Assembly (NCBI RefSeq): GCF_030144855.1
Contig: NC_082719.1
Span: forward strand, 51,770,001-51,834,000
Reading direction: 5' to 3'
DNA from: Hypanus sabinus
Taxonomy: Eukaryota
DNA length: 64,000 nt
Positions 13,549 to 27,137 of the stretch are shown piece by piece; the stretch's first letter is position 1, and each line of letters starts with the position of its first letter. A model generated the notes under the pieces. That model saw nothing but the letters and a program-made list of their open reading frames with translations, searched no databases and was not told the origin of the DNA. Position numbers and translations under genes: made by a program.

Positions 13549-13803
13549 GAGTCACATCAGCAATTTGTCTCATTTACCTTCGGAGGGAAGGAGCATTTGC
13601 TGCTGGAACTGTGTTAGCTGTTTACGCTATGTCACTCTGGCCGCACATAATTGAACATCTCATCAGCTCAGGAGGTCCCGGAAAAGCCTTAGGCACGGCA
13701 ATGTTGGTGTATTTGCTGGAGATTCTTGGTACAGTGTGGTGTACAGCTTACAACTTTGTGCCTGGAGGTGCCATCACAAGAGAAAAATCTATGGTGGTTT
13801 TGG
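13549..13803 (+). CDS. CWH43: CWH43 coding exon C
   Basis: ttacag| ... TTGG|gtatgt; 255 nt; ...SLWPHIIEHLISSGGPGK...LLEILGTVWCTAYNFVPGGAITREKSMVVLG (conserved W.TA..FVPGG...RE motif). Confidence 0.95.
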
Positions 13804-14964
13804 GTATGTGATTTAAACTAAAATATAGATTAAACTAATTAGGAAGGGTGAAGCACGTTTTTGCCAGTGAGCAAACAAATGAACAGCTTGAAAGCTTTCC
13901 TTGTTTCAATGTCTTTTGAAAATAAAAGTAACAGTCTCTAGAGTTTATAAGCTGACAGGAAGGCAACAGTAACTCACAACAGCAATGTGCAGAAGAGCAT
14001 TTTTCTGAATGCACAGCATGCCAAAATTTAAAATGGATGGACTACTGCAGAAGAAGAGCATGTGTATTCAGTGTAATTTTAGTGAATTCTAATGAATTAT
14101 TAAAAAATACAGTTTGAGATAAACTAGCTTATAGTCAGTAGTTTAAGACAAACAGACCAATTGACTGAGGTAATCTGGACTTGGTGGAACGGGCAGATAA
14201 GGAAGTCAGTCCTTTGTGTTCAACCTTACCATGATCTGAGCAAGTTTTGCAACCATTTACTTGAAGTAGGATAATGCTGCTGAGGAGTGCCCTCGGGCAG
14301 TGTGGCGAGATTCCATGAATCATTTGCACCAAGGTAACTAACCATGTAAGGAAGGATGTTTCATGTTTTTGCTAACAAGAGTAATCATTTAATCCTTTGA
14401 GCTAGCTCTGCTGTTCCAAATGGTTGCTCTGTACCTCAAATCCAATTAATAGTATTTGTTTCATATTTCTCATGATCCCCTATCCTAAGTCTTTTGATCA
14501 CAGTCATCGAATTTTTGCTTGATTGAGTCTCCACAAACTTTAAAGATAATGAATGCTTGATTTCCTGTATTCTTAACTTGCAAGTGCTTGATCTTAATTC
14601 TGGTGTTAAGACTGGAGAAATAACTTCTCAAATGTGATGCTTAAGAGGGGGATTTTTAATTTGGGTATTTGTATGCAGTCAAGAGGGAGAAATATTTTCG
14701 TCTATACTTCCTCCTGAAACATTTTGTAGCAATTCATTTTACCATTAGATTTCCAATATGGTTTCATGGCTACTCAAAATACACCACTAAGTCTACAGAA
14801 GAATCTCGTGCATATGCATATTGGAAGGAATTTAATAAAGTTACATGGTTACATAATGAAAATGATAGGCTATAAAGATTTTAGTTTCACACTAAAGGGG
14901 AAATATCATCTTGAGATTCTTTATAAACTCCTGTTTGTTCTCACACTTTATGACATAAAACGAA

Positions 14965-15530
14965 GTTGTAATGTTGAAACTTTATAAAGCACTGGTGAGG
15001 CCTCACTCGGAGTATTGTGAGCAGTTTTGGACTCCTTATATAGGAAAGGATGTACTGATGTTGGGAAAGGTTCAAAGGAGGTTCACAAAAAATTATTCCA
15101 GAATTGAAAGGTTTATCATTTGTGGAGTGTTTAATGGCTCTGGGCTTGTACTCATTGGAATTCAAAAGAATGTCTCATTGAAACCTGTCGAATGTTGAAA
15201 GGCCTCAATAGAGTGGATGTGGAGAGGATTTTCCCTATGATGGGGGAGTCTTAGGCCAGAGGACACTCTCAGAATAGAAGGATGTCCATTTAGAATGGAG
15301 ATGCAGAGGAATTTCTCTAGCCAGAGAGTGGAGATTCTTCGGAATTCATTGCCACAGGTTGCTGTGGAGGCCAGGTCATTGGGTATATTTAAGGCAGAGG
15401 TTAGGTTAATAGTCAGGGCATGAAGGGATATGGGGAGAAAGCAGGAGATTGAGTGCCAAAGGAAAATGGCAACCATGATGAGATGGCTGAACAGAATCGA
15501 TTTCCTAATTCTACTCCTATATCTTATGAG
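14965..15530 (+). mobile_element. CR1 LINE 3' end (5'-truncated)
   Basis: LYKALVRPHSEYCEQFWTPY..KDV..L.KVQRRFT followed by the CR1 3' UTR. Confidence 0.88.
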
Positions 15531-15959
15531 AAGACAAAGACATCAGTATTGTAAAGGAGAATATTCATTCTCCTCTTAATGATTTTTGGCAAAGCTTTAT
15601 TTGCAGCAAATACTTTATTGATGAAGACAGCAGTGGTGGAAGTGCAGTTGAAATTCTAAAGCCAGACATCTCTCTGAAACATTGACTATCCCTTTTTCTA
15701 AAATGGAAGACATACTTCCTTAGCCAGTTATTTTTCTATTGACTAGGCATCCTTAACTGTTCAAGGTATTTATCCATAAAAATTTTCATCTGTGCTCTAT
15801 ATGCAAACTACTGAACATTCAGCATTTCTCTACGTCATCTGCAAAAATGTGAAACATACTCTGAGTTGGACTTTGGGTCACTGTCAGCTTTTTCATGCTA
15901 TTTGTGCAGATGTCATTCTTTAAATCTACTGGTTATTTCAGTTTCTTTATCCTTGTGTG

Positions 15960-18510
15960 CAAAGTAGTCTGCAGTGCAGAGTTAGCAGGTCAAGAGGGCT
16001 GCCTCCTGTTATAATTTAGTTCTGCTGTGGCTACAGGGACATGGTCAATTGAACTATTGAGCATAAGGAACTGGATAGATTTTGTAAAACTAGAGTGTGG
16101 CATTTTCATTTAACACTATTTTACCCTTGATGGGTTTGAGTTTTCCAGTGCCGTCGTTGAACACTGTTGTGGCATCATTCAGTATCTTCCTTAATTCGCT
16201 TTCAGTTGACTTTATTACAGGGGATGTGCTATGCAAATGGTAGATAGATCTCAAATCAAGTAGTAGTTTTCTCAGCTTCAAACATCCCCATTGCTGGTAC
16301 TCTTGCTTTTACCACCTACAACCCAATGTAGCTTGTTGGTTGTTGTATTTCACTATTACAAATGTCATCCCCACACGAGGTACCTTTTTTCAGAGTAAGT
16401 TCTTAGTTGAATATCTGCAGTCTTCAGTTTAGTATCTTTGAAATGCTGTTCAAACACATTTTGTGAAAAGAATAAAACGGCTGAGCCAGTGACCAATTCC
16501 ATTTTAGTTAGATGCCATTCATTTCTGGTGTAAGTCATATTGCTTGTCTCTTGTTAGTTTTCACATTGTACTGAGTCCTGTATTGCTGTCATCATTATCA
16601 GATTTTTCATGAATAACATACAGATTAGTGCTCTTTTTGAAACTGCAATTTGACATTTTATCATTTACTCTGCCCTGTGCAGTTCATTTAATTTTTTCTG
16701 CCCAACATGCTTTTTATACGCATCCTACTTTGTTGCATTTTCTGGAAGTTTCACCTTTAAACCATCATTGTTCTGGTGATTTGAGCTTCTGCCACAACAG
16801 TCACACAATTTGTTCACACACACTCACAGCTACCTGGACTATTCCTCTTCCCACCCTGTTTCTTGCAAAAATGTTATCCCCTTCTCACAATTCCTCCATC
16901 TCCGCTGCACCTGCTCTCAGGATGAGGCTTTTCATTCCAGGACGAAGGAGATGTCTTCCTTTTTTAAACAAAGGGGCTTCTCTTCCACCATCAACTCTGC
17001 TCTCAAACGTATCTCTCCCATTTCCTGCACATCTGCCCTCACCCCATCCGTCTGCCACCCCACTCAGGATAGGGTTCCCCTTGTCCTCACCTACCACCCC
17101 ACCAGCTTCCAGGTCCAACGTATAATTCTCAGTAACTTCCACCACCTCCAACGGGATCCCACTACTAAGCACATCTTTCCCTCCCCCCCGCTTCCTGCTT
17201 TCTGCAGAGATCGCTCCCTACGTGACTCCCTTGTCCACTGGTCCCCTCCATCCCTTCCCACTGATCTCCCTCTTGGCACTTATCCTTGTAAGCGGAACAA
17301 GTGCTACACCTGCCCTTACACTTCCTTCCTCACCACCATTTAGGGCTCCAGACAGTCCTTCCAGGTGAGGCGACACTTCACCTGTGAGTCGGCTGGTGTG
17401 GTATACTGCGTCCAGTGCTCCCGGTGTGGCCTTCTATATATTGGTGAGACCCGATGCAGACTGGGAGACCGTTTTGCTGAACACCTATGCTCGGTCCGCC
17501 AGAAAAAGCAGGATCTCCCAGTGGCCACACATTTTAATTCCACGTCCCATTCCCATTCTGATATGTCTATCCATGGCCTCCTCTATTGTCAAAATGAATC
17601 CAAACTCAGGTTGGAGGAACAACACCTTATATACTGGCTGGGTAGCCTCCAACCAGATGGCATGAACATTGACTTCTCTAACTTCCGTTAATGCCCCTCC
17701 TCCCCTTCTTACCCCATCCCTGACATATTTAGTTGTTTGTTTTTTTCTCTCTCTCTGCCCATCACTCTGCCTGTTCTCCATCTCCCTCTGGTGCTCCCCC
17801 TTCCCCCTTTCTTTCTCCCAAGGCCTCCCGTCCCATGATCCTTTCCCTTCTCCAGCTCTGTATCCCTTTTGCCAATCACCTTTCCAGCTCTTAGCTTCAC
17901 CCCACTCCCTCTGGTCTTCTCCTATCATTTCACATTTCCCTCTCCCCCCACTACTTTCAAATCTCTTACTATCTTTCCTCTCAGTTAGTCCTGACGAAGG
18001 GTCTTGGCCCGAACCATCGACAGTGCTTCTCCTTATAGATGCTGCCTGGCCTGCTGTGTTCCACCAGGATTTTGTGTGTGTTGGTTGACACAATTTGTTC
18101 AGTCCGGTGGGTTTCTTTTTAGATGTTTCACTTTTGTTTGTTTTGATTTCCATTCCTGACTGCAACCCAGTTGCATCTCTGATTGCAGATTCCATTTCAA
18201 CTGCTCTTTTAAATGACAGTTGTGCTTCAGTAGGAGCTATTTTTAATGCTTTCTCGTATGATTCCACAAACTATATGATTTCTCAATACATCATTAAGTC
18301 CATCATTGCAAAGACAATGCTCAGACCAGTTCTGCAATTCAGCTACGTACACTGAAATGTCCTTTAGTACCCTCCCTGTTGATTCCACTTGTGATATCTA
18401 AAGTGTTCCACAATCAATAACTGTTTTTGTTCTAAATGTTCCCACATTACTTTCACAATATCAGCAAATTCATTTTGGCTTTTCTACTTACTACATTCAG
18501 CAACACCAGC
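15960..18510 (-). mobile_element. Gypsy gag-protease remnant split by a Penelope insertion
   Basis: Reverse strand gag (QLSFKRAVEMESA.RDA..LQ), decayed double CCHC knuckle (KLC.CCGR...GETSRKCNKVG...ACW), protease-like MELVTGSAV near 16480-16510; similar to the Gypsy at 5561-8350. Confidence 0.8.
16817..18087 (+). mobile_element. Penelope-like element, 5'-truncated, RT C-terminus plus GIY-YIG endonuclease
   Basis: SYLDYSSSHP..CKN.IPFSQFL.LR..CS; CxxxxCxxC; FTCESAGVVYCVQCSRCGLLYIGET...L.DRF.EH; 14-bp TSD ACACAATTTGTTCA (16803-16816, 18088-18101). Confidence 0.95.
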
Positions 18511-21338
18511 TGAATTTTTCATTGGATATTTCATGGAAAGGAAAGGTTTGGAGAGATATGTGCTCAGCATGGCATCTTGGCTGGCATGGATGAGCGGGGA
18601 CAAAGGTCTTTTTCCATACGATTATTTATGGCTCTTTTGACTCTATGACACAGAGTTAGAGGGCTATGGTCAGACATTTAAGGCGAGGTGAGTGTCACAA
18701 GCTTAGAATATGGAATCATGGGTAGAGTAGGTTGCTGGAAAGAGAGCTAGTGATTAGGTAAGCTAAATTTGGGTAAACCCTCATATGGCATTTTTACAAA
18801 GGGATGCTTAAGTAAAACTGTGCAAGAGCAAATTACAGAGATGCTTTGGAAGATGCAAGTGGTTGTGGTACTTATAAAAATCTAGAAAGTGGTATAAATG
18901 ACAAAGTCAAAGACGGGTTGTTTTTCTTATCACACACATACATGTATGTATGCACAGATGCAATGAAAAACTTACTTGCAGCAGCATCACAAGCACATAC
19001 AGTAGCAACCTACACCTGACATACACACACAAGAAAGAACACAATTAGAACAAAAAAATAAACAAAGTACATTTTAGTGCACATGTATGCAGTAGTTTGT
19101 TGGATGCCATTATACAAAGGAGGAGATGAATTTCTGAAGCATGTTCAGGGAATTTTTCTTTAAAAAAGAGATGAATGGCAGGTCAATGTAAGTGGGTTGA
19201 TGGTCAGTGTGGACTCAAAGCACCCAATGGCAGGCTTCTGAGTTTAATCTTTCTATGGCTCTTAACATCTTTAATCAGTATGTTTTCAACCCAGTGCAGA
19301 ATTGTTGGATATGTTCCTGGTAGACTGATTGGATTAAAGGTCTGTGGAAGAACGTTAAGAACAGTAATCAATGAAAGATTGGAGAACAGCAGGAGGGGTA
19401 AACACACACTGCTTCAAATCTGTACTGCCCTTGTAGACAATATTGATTGATCTGCTATCCCAAACCATGTTTCTGATCTCTTCCTGTTCCCTGTGATGCA
19501 TTTTTGTTTCTAGAAATCAATATATCTTTTTAAACATTTTCAGCCATTTGTCCCCCCACAAACCTTTCGAGTGAAAAAAAATTCTCTTTGGCTCTGCTCA
19601 GAATGTCTTTCTTCTTCTCCTGTGACTGTCAGCCCTGGTTTTAGATCTTTCAGCTAGAGGAAGCCTCCTTTATCCCTGTGGCATTGGAGAAAGGCAGTGA
19701 ACAAGCTAAATAGAATTTCTTAATTGGAGGCAAGAACAACTTCTTTTGGGACATCAAGGCACTTGGCCAGGCGGTGAAGCCAAATGTTGGAAGGTAAAAA
19801 GTGGAAAAGCTGAGTCATCCTTGAAGTAGTATGATTAGATAATTAGGATAATTAACATGAATTTTGGCAAAAGTATAAGTTTTTACAAATGGTTAAAGCA
19901 AGAGAGGAGCTGTTCCCATTTGCAAATGGTTTCCATGGATTTAGAGTGATGGGTAAAAAAATTGCAGGAAGCAGGAAGGAAATAATTTCTTTTAAATGTG
20001 CATTGTTATTGGTTTAGAACTAAAGTGCTGGAAGCAGCATTCAGAAGGGTTTTGGATAGGCATTGGCAGGGGTTAATTAATAGACTTTCAGGAAAAAGTA
20101 GTGACAGAATTGGATTGGTCTAGAAGTTGGATTGGACTTATTAGGTTGAATAATGTGTTGTGTTAATTCTGTTCCATCCACTACATGGCACACGTACTGA
20201 AGAACCTGAAACAAAAATTGTGGACTTAAATCCATGTGAAGTCCTCAGTTTTTCCAAACATTGATTTTTCACATAGATTGGATCCTGTGATGCACAAAAA
20301 CTAATTAATTTGTTGGCAAGTGAGTAAGGTATTGTTCTTGCTACCAGGTCCTGATAGTCTAGTGACACATTGTGGGAGAGCACTGAGCAAGATATTGGAG
20401 TGATGACAGCACCTTAGACTCTAAATTCTAGTGTGATATTGTATTCAGAAAAATGTGAAACTACAGGAGGAAAACTTGCTCGCGTTGAAATGAATGTGAG
20501 TTGCTGATGCTAGCAATTGAGTGAATTGAGTTATAATCTAAATACAAGCAAGCTGCTGAATATCCACCTTTTTCCACCTCCTGTGTGTTGTATAGAAATG
20601 TATTATGTTTTAAACTGTTGGATGATCTGCACTGATGGTTAATGAAAGCCGAAACACACCCTGTTTTAGTGGCACCAATCCCTCTGAGAAATGCTTTCTG
20701 GGTTGTGGTTATTGTTTCACTAATTCAGAATAGTACACTTGTTCCCAAGCCACCAAGAGAATTAATGATCCCTGTGAATCAATCAATTGTACTTTCATTT
20801 TTAATATTCATATTGATGTTGTACACTGTTATTTCAAGTTGAGTTTTATTCTGATGCAGACAAATATTTTAAACTTATTTCAGTATTATTTCCTGTCAGT
20901 TGTTGGTTGATATCTTTAACACAGTTGTGAATCTAATTTACTAAGCAACCAAATTGTATGAAGCAGCAAATCTTATGGGAACAAAGAACTGCAAGTACTG
21001 TGGATTGATCATAGGGATCCTGATCTATTCCATGTATGATTGAGATAATTTTCATTTCTAAAATGTGTGTTTTGACTATTACGTTCTGTCTATCATTGAA
21101 AAGAGGTGTTGCCTGGTATTTGAAAATCAAGTGGGCCAAGTTGTCTGAGTGTTGGGGGAGAAACATTTCAGGGAAACATGATTATATTAAAAGAGAACTA
21201 GATAACTAATTAAAAATGTGTGGGGCTGTGAGGAAAGAGCAGGACATGGGGGCTGACTTGATTACTCTACAAAAAGTCAGTTGGCTTAATACTTGTACTG
21301 TGGCGACTTCAAAACTTAAATTGTTCTCCCTTTCACAG

Positions 21339-21449
21339 GAACGCTGATGCATTTGATTGGATTGGGATTATTCTTTGGTAAACGGCCTAAATTATTCCCA
21401 ATGCTAAACAGAAATGCGGCTCCGCTCTTGATGAAGTATGTCAAACGAT
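21339..21449 (+). CDS. CWH43: CWH43 coding exon D
   Basis: ttcacag| ... CGAT|gtaagt; 111 nt; GTLMHLIGLGLFFGKRPKLFPMLNRNAAPLLMKYVKR. Confidence 0.9.
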
Positions 21450-21799
21450 GTAAGTGCCATTACTTTAGACAGTGGGGAAAATACACTTTAACTGGCTGGT
21501 TTTAATATGTGTATAAAGTGTTAATATTTTTATATTTATTAACACATTTTAAATTTGGTTTATCGCTTTGATAAGATCCAAACTGTAAAAGATACTGGCT
21601 GAGGAAAGATTAATAGATCATAAAATTGCCCCACATTGTGCCCAGCCTATTATGACTGAACACAACCTGTTTACAGTCTTCCTTCGCCTCACTCTTTTGC
21701 TTTGTAATCACAGAAAAACAAAACTTGGTCCACTAAAGAGAAATAACTACCTGGTAGTTTCATGGGTACAGTACAACGGGAATTGAGTATACGTTACTT

Positions 21800-22180
21800 T
21801 TACCCCAGAGGCCCGGTTTAATGACCCAGAAATCAGGAGTTCAAATTCCACAATGGCAGTGATAAATTAAAAAAGAATAAAGCTATCATTATCAGTAAAC
21901 ATGAAACTACTGATTATTTTTACAACAATCACTTGCTTCATTCATGCTCCATGAGCAAGAGAATTACCAGTGTTAATTGGTCTGGCCTATGAATGGTTCC
22001 AGTCATAGAGATTATGACCGGCTCTAAATTAACTTATGAACTACCTGAATGAATTACTTTGTTGTATCAAAGCCACTTTCTCTGAGGAAGTATTTTCACC
22101 ATGGATGATTGTTCAAGAGGTGGTTTAGTGCAATATCAAAGTCAATCAGAATTGGGTGATCAATGCTGAACTGGCAGTTC
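21800..22180 (+). mobile_element. Degenerate tRNA-derived SINE
   Basis: B-box-like GAGTTCAAATTCC followed by a body resembling elasmobranch SINE repeats; highly decayed. Confidence 0.4.
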
Positions 22181-22409
22181 ACATCTTATAAATAAACAAT
22201 AAATCCTACTCCATTTCTTCCAGTGATCAAAACCAGTCAGGAAACTGCATAGTTCAGTTCAATTGGTATTTTTTACAGAATGACTTCCATGTTAGTCAGG
22301 ACTACCCTATCTACCTTTTTGAAGGCATGCAGAGAAACAATATCTAGTAAAGTCAGCCAGTAATGTATTTCAAGTACATTGCAAGTCAGGAAAAAGAAGA
22401 ACTGCCCAA

Positions 22410-23140
22410 TGCTTACCTTATTGCTGCAGAGCCTAAACCATCAATCAATAAGATCTCAGCTGATTCAGTCTTGACTAATGCTAATTTCCTGCCCTCTCAC
22501 TATACTTTTTGACTCCCTTGAGCCCATATGTATTCAGTGACTCCATCTCTACAACATTCTGGAGTGGAGCAGCACTTTGAATATTCATAATCCTCAGAGA
22601 TGAAATTTGCTTCTTATCATCTGAAACTGCCTCATTTTCTGAAACAATCCATGCCCCCACAGAATCATAAAAATAATTTCTTGTTGTCTGTACTGCACTG
22701 AGTATAGTTCCAAACTGTCATCATATGTAAAGCCTCTCATTTTGATGAAATAATGTAGTGAATGTTCCCTACATTGCCTCCAGTGCAAACCTTTCTTCCT
22801 CAAATAGAGACCGAGACAGTTGGTGGCAGTCCACAAGTGGTCTCACTATTGCCTTATATTTTTATATCAATACTTCCCTCCTTTTATTCTCCACATCCAT
22901 TCAAGGTCATCATCATTTCATTAGCCTTTCTAGTTGCTTGCTGTACCTATGTGATAGCATTTTCATGTACTGGGATTGGCAGATCTCTTTGACAGCAGTA
23001 TTTTGTAGTCGCGTCTGTTTAAATAATAACTATTTTTCTTTTGCATTTTCTTTCACATTATACAGGATCTACCAACTGTTTGTCCGCTTAACCTATCATT
23101 TACAGGCTCTTTATGTCTATCTCACAACAGGCTAACAGCA
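22410..23140 (-). mobile_element. Old CR1 LINE 3' fragment
   Basis: Decayed CR1 3' ORF2 (LYLRK...L..VQR.F-like) and tail. Confidence 0.6.
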
Positions 23141-23344
23141 TACTCAGTCCCTTCATCCTTCAAACTAGATGAGAAGTAATTGAGGGCCAGCATTGATTCC
23201 CCCTCAATCTGTGGCACATGCAATCTAATATTGACTGATCTATCCTGGTTCTGTTTCTAGAAATTAACCATGTCAATATATTGCTGTCATTTGCATGCTC
23301 CCTTGTTGGGTAACATTAAATATGGCTTTGCTGAATGTTTAAGA

Positions 23345-24720
23345 TGACTCTATAAGGTCAGCAAGAACCATGTCATCAAGAAGGCAAAGCAAGAGTACTA
23401 ACAGAAAATTTACATGCACCTTGTGACACCAGGGACACGCAGCACACACAGCAAGGTATACAAATCATAAAAGATTACAAGTCCATCCTGTGTGTCAATG
23501 ACAGTGGTTCCTCCGTTCCTGATAGTCTGAATGCTTTCCATGCATGATTTGATGCAATGATTGAGGTGACATCGTGTAAAGCCCCCTCTCCCCATGAGGA
23601 ACAGGCACCCTGTCTGGCTGCAGTAGAATTGAGGAGGATCCTAGCAAATGTGTGCAAAGGGCACCACACCTGGTCAGGTGCTGAGGGACTGTGCATTCCA
23701 GCTAACAAAAGCCTTAATGGACACCTTTAACATTCCTCTGCAACAATCCTCTGTTCCTGCAGGCTTCAAGGCAGCTAGCATCAACCTGGTGCCCAAGAGA
23801 GCAACAGTAACTGGCCTAAAAGATTACCGCCCAGTGACATAACATCCCTCTGGCTGGTGGGTAAACTGTCCTCATTGGGAGTGAATGCCCCCTTTTGTAA
23901 CTGGATATTGGGCTTCTTGAAGGAAAAACCCCGGTCAGTCTGAGTTGGCAGCAATATCTTAAGTTCCATCACGTTGAGTGCTGGTGCTCCCCAGTGCTGT
24001 GTGCTCAGCCTGCTCCGGTTCACTGCTGACTCATGTCGATATTGCTAAGTCCAGCTCAAACCACATCAATTGCGCTGATGATACTAGTGGTTGGCATCAG
24101 CAGCAACAATGATGAGTCGGCAAACAGAGAGAAGGTTGAGAGGCTTGTCAAATAACAACAACCTGAGTTTCTATGCAGACAAAAGAGATGATTGTGGACT
24201 TCAGGAAGGCACAGGTTGACCATTCTCCATTACACACCAATAGCTCTACCACCAAAGTTCCTTGGTGTTCACATAATGGACAATCTAATCTGGACCCACA
24301 ACACCACCTCTTTGGTCAAGAAGCACAGTAGCATCTACAATTTCTGAGGAGATCAAGTTGTGCAAGGCTCCCCCTCCCTACTCTAACAACTTTCTGCTGG
24401 AGTATCATTGAGAGTGTACTGTCTGGCTGCATCATTGTGTGGTATGAAAGCGGCAAGGCACTGGACTGTAAAATTGTACTGAAGATAGGAAAACCCAGCT
24501 TAAGGATCAATGGGGTCTCCCTTCCTGCACCCCCCCCATGCGTTTGTGACGTTTACCAGGAGCACTGCAGATGAAGGGCCTGAAGCATTGATGAAGATCC
24601 CAACCAACTATCCCACAATCTCTTTGACCCACTACCATCAAGAAGGAGCATCAGGGCTAGGACTGCTAGACTGGGTAACAACATCTTTCCCGAGGCTGTA
24701 AGACCTACAGCCACCAAGGT
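23345..24720 (+). mobile_element. Rex1/Babar LINE, decayed RT region
   Basis: VLRDCAFQL...LMDTFN..LQQS.VP..FK.A.I.LVPK......L.DYRPV; GAPQ.CVLS; IESVLSGCI.VWY. Confidence 0.85.
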
Positions 24721-24743
24721 CTTACCACTGGGATGGTGAGAAT

Positions 24744-24822
24744 GGTCTCGGCCCGAAACATTGACTACGCTCTTCCATAGATGCTGCCTGGCTTGCTGAG
24801 TTCCTCCAGCATTTTGTGTGTG
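24744..24822 (+). repeat. Penelope-type tail fragment with 3' half of hammerhead motif
   Basis: GGTCTCGGCCC GAAA CATTGAC...tagatgctgcctggcttgctgagttcctccagcattttgtgtg; the CTGANGA half is missing. Confidence 0.8.
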
Positions 24823-24926
24823 CTTTGTGCAATTTAAATTGTATTTTATTAACTTATTTGCGGTAATTTTTTATGTGCTGTGTATGATATATGCATTGTG
24901 GCTGTACCATGGTCTGGAGGAATGTC

Positions 24927-24987
24927 TCATCTGGTTGTATACAGTATATGTACAGTCATCTGGTTGTATACAGTATATGTACAGTCA
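24927..24987 (+). repeat. 29-bp tandem duplication
   Basis: TCATCTGGTTGTATACAGTATATGTACAG x2 exact. Confidence 0.95.
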
Positions 24988-26286
24988 GGTGACAATAAAC
25001 TTCAGCTTGTTTTTTTGATAAATATATCACGCTGCTGGTTTCTAACATCCACTTTATCTATTACATCTTGAACTATTGCAAAATTATCAAACATAATTGA
25101 AGCTGTTTTAAACTTGTGTCTCCTCATCCTTGCCAACCTATTAAATTGAAATTTTCCATTGAAGGTGATTGCTATTTGAATGATAAACCGCCATCAGATC
25201 ACCTGTCAGTCTAAAATAAATGAGGTCAGCTTGAATGTTTGAAGTTCTTTAACGGTGAATTATGTTTGCAGCTCTCATTCAGACTTTTTCATTCTCTTAC
25301 TCAACATCCATCGTGGGAGTGGGTAGTAGTGTGCTAGGATGCCAGTGGAGATGTCAATGCTGTTCATGATACTCCAAATACAGCGGGATCTACCCAGTGA
25401 AAACATCTTTTGACATGCTGAGTGGTTTTAGTAGTATCACGGGACCATGTTAGGTTCAGCAACAGTTTCACTACATTGTTTATGAAAATGTGACATTGTG
25501 AACAGTAGATAATAACACCGGGATCTTTTGCTCTCTCATTGTTTCTCATTATCATTCTGTCAAGTGTCAGTAATGCTGGATATGATATGAATATAATCTC
25601 ATATTGTCCTATCTCCAGAAATCCTACTACAGTAAATTTTAATTAATCTGGTATTTTTGCAACCAGAATTGTCATGCATCCAATTTAAAAAAATTATGGG
25701 AATATTAAACAAGTTCATATTTTTTGAATGGTGAAAAGATATTTTTAGTGTATTTATGTTATATAAACTTACAGTGCAGTGTGAGCTCATTAACAGTGAT
25801 ATCCTCTTGAAGATTTGATATTTCATGTGATGGTGAATGCATCATCAATTCATAGTTTATATTTATTTTTGCTGTATTTTAATTCTGTGCGGCCTTAAGG
25901 TGCAGAAATGCAGTGTAAACCATTGTTATTTAAATAGTAAGTAGATAATGCATAGTTTGGCAAATTATTTAAAAGTTGCATTTCAAATACTAGTGTGTGA
26001 TGTGCTGCAGTGGTTATTTTGAGCGGTTCTCATGCAACTGATATAATTACACAACTAGAATCTCCCAAACTCCATGGATGCAGGATCCCTGAGTGTTCAC
26101 TGCATAGATTTTATTGTAATGTATGAATTTAAACTGATGCTTGACTGCCAACATGAATGTCAATACTTTGCACTCAAAGGCCTTTGTTCTTGGACATTTT
26201 ACAGTGTTTTGGTAGCTATTTTGAAATAAGAAATCAGATATGTTAATAATTTTCATTTCAATTTTGTTTTATTCTTTCTGGTTTAG

Positions 26287-26378
26287 TACTTTGGCTGTTT
26301 GTGGGTTTGGGACTGTTAGGATTAGGTCAACGATTTAAATCATATCAGAAGAAATTACACAACCCAGTTGGTATCCCG
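26287..26378 (+). CDS. CWH43: CWH43 coding exon E
   Basis: gtttag| ... CCG|gtgagt; 92 nt; LLWLFVGLGLLGLGQRFKSYQKKLHNPVGIP (last transmembrane segment). Confidence 0.92.
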
Positions 26379-26454
26379 GTGAGTAAGATTTTTATTTCCA
26401 GTTGCTTATAGGAATGTTAACAATATGTTTTAGTTCAATCAGAAGTGGCAGAGT

Positions 26455-26990
26455 CAGAATCGGGTTTATAATAACTGACATATGGTGTGAAATTTGTTGT
26501 TTTCTTGCAGCAACATTATGCAAGGTATAAAAATCACTATCAGTAATGAAAATAAATAGTGTAGAAGAGGAATAATGAGGTTTTGTTTATGGAGCATTCA
26601 GAAATCTGATGGTGGAGGGGAAAAAGTTGTTCCTAAAACACTGTGTGGGTCTTCAAGCTACTGTACCAGCTCCCCAATGATAGTAATGCAAAGAGGGCAT
26701 GTCCAGGATAGTGAAGGATGCTACCTCCTTGCGGCACCATTTCTTAAAGGTATCCTCGATAGCAGGGAGAGTTGTGCGTGTGATGGAGCAGGCTGAGACT
26801 ACAACCTCATGCAGCTGCTTTCAGCCTCCGTACCTGGTGATATTGCAACCAGTCAGAATTCTCACAACCATACAGCTGTAGAAATTTGTCAGAGTATTTA
26901 ATAATATACCAAGTCTCTTAAAACTTCTAACAAAGTATGGCCATAGGCATGCTTTCTTCATAGTTGCAAAAATGAATTGGGACTGACCCA
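26455..26990 (-). mobile_element. Rex1/Babar LINE 3' fragment
   Basis: Reverse NFYSCMVVRILTGCNITRYG-like segment plus Rex1-type 3' UTR. Confidence 0.7.
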
Positions 26991-27137
26991 AAACAATTAT
27001 GGCATGAAAATTTTAACTAGGAAGCCTGCTTTATCAAGTTAAGAATTTATTTTAAAAAGTTATATGCTGTACACTATGATTATGCTCTATATCTTTGATT
27101 CATTTTCCTTCCCATCATCTCTATCCTTTATGACCAG

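Noticed and set aside
17991-18021. Active hammerhead at the end of the longest Penelope
   Set aside because: GAAA is mutated to GAAC and the stem III palindrome is lost (CATC). The copies at 34760, 47118, 52938 and 60326 also have core mutations.
17485-18267. 260-aa minus-strand ORF as a novel gene
   Set aside because: It is a chimera of a Gypsy gag fragment and the antisense of the Penelope tail. The purine-rich low-complexity strand simply lacks stops.
24927-24987. CRISPR-like repeat
   Set aside because: Two directly adjacent 29-bp copies with no spacer in a vertebrate intron; a simple tandem duplication.
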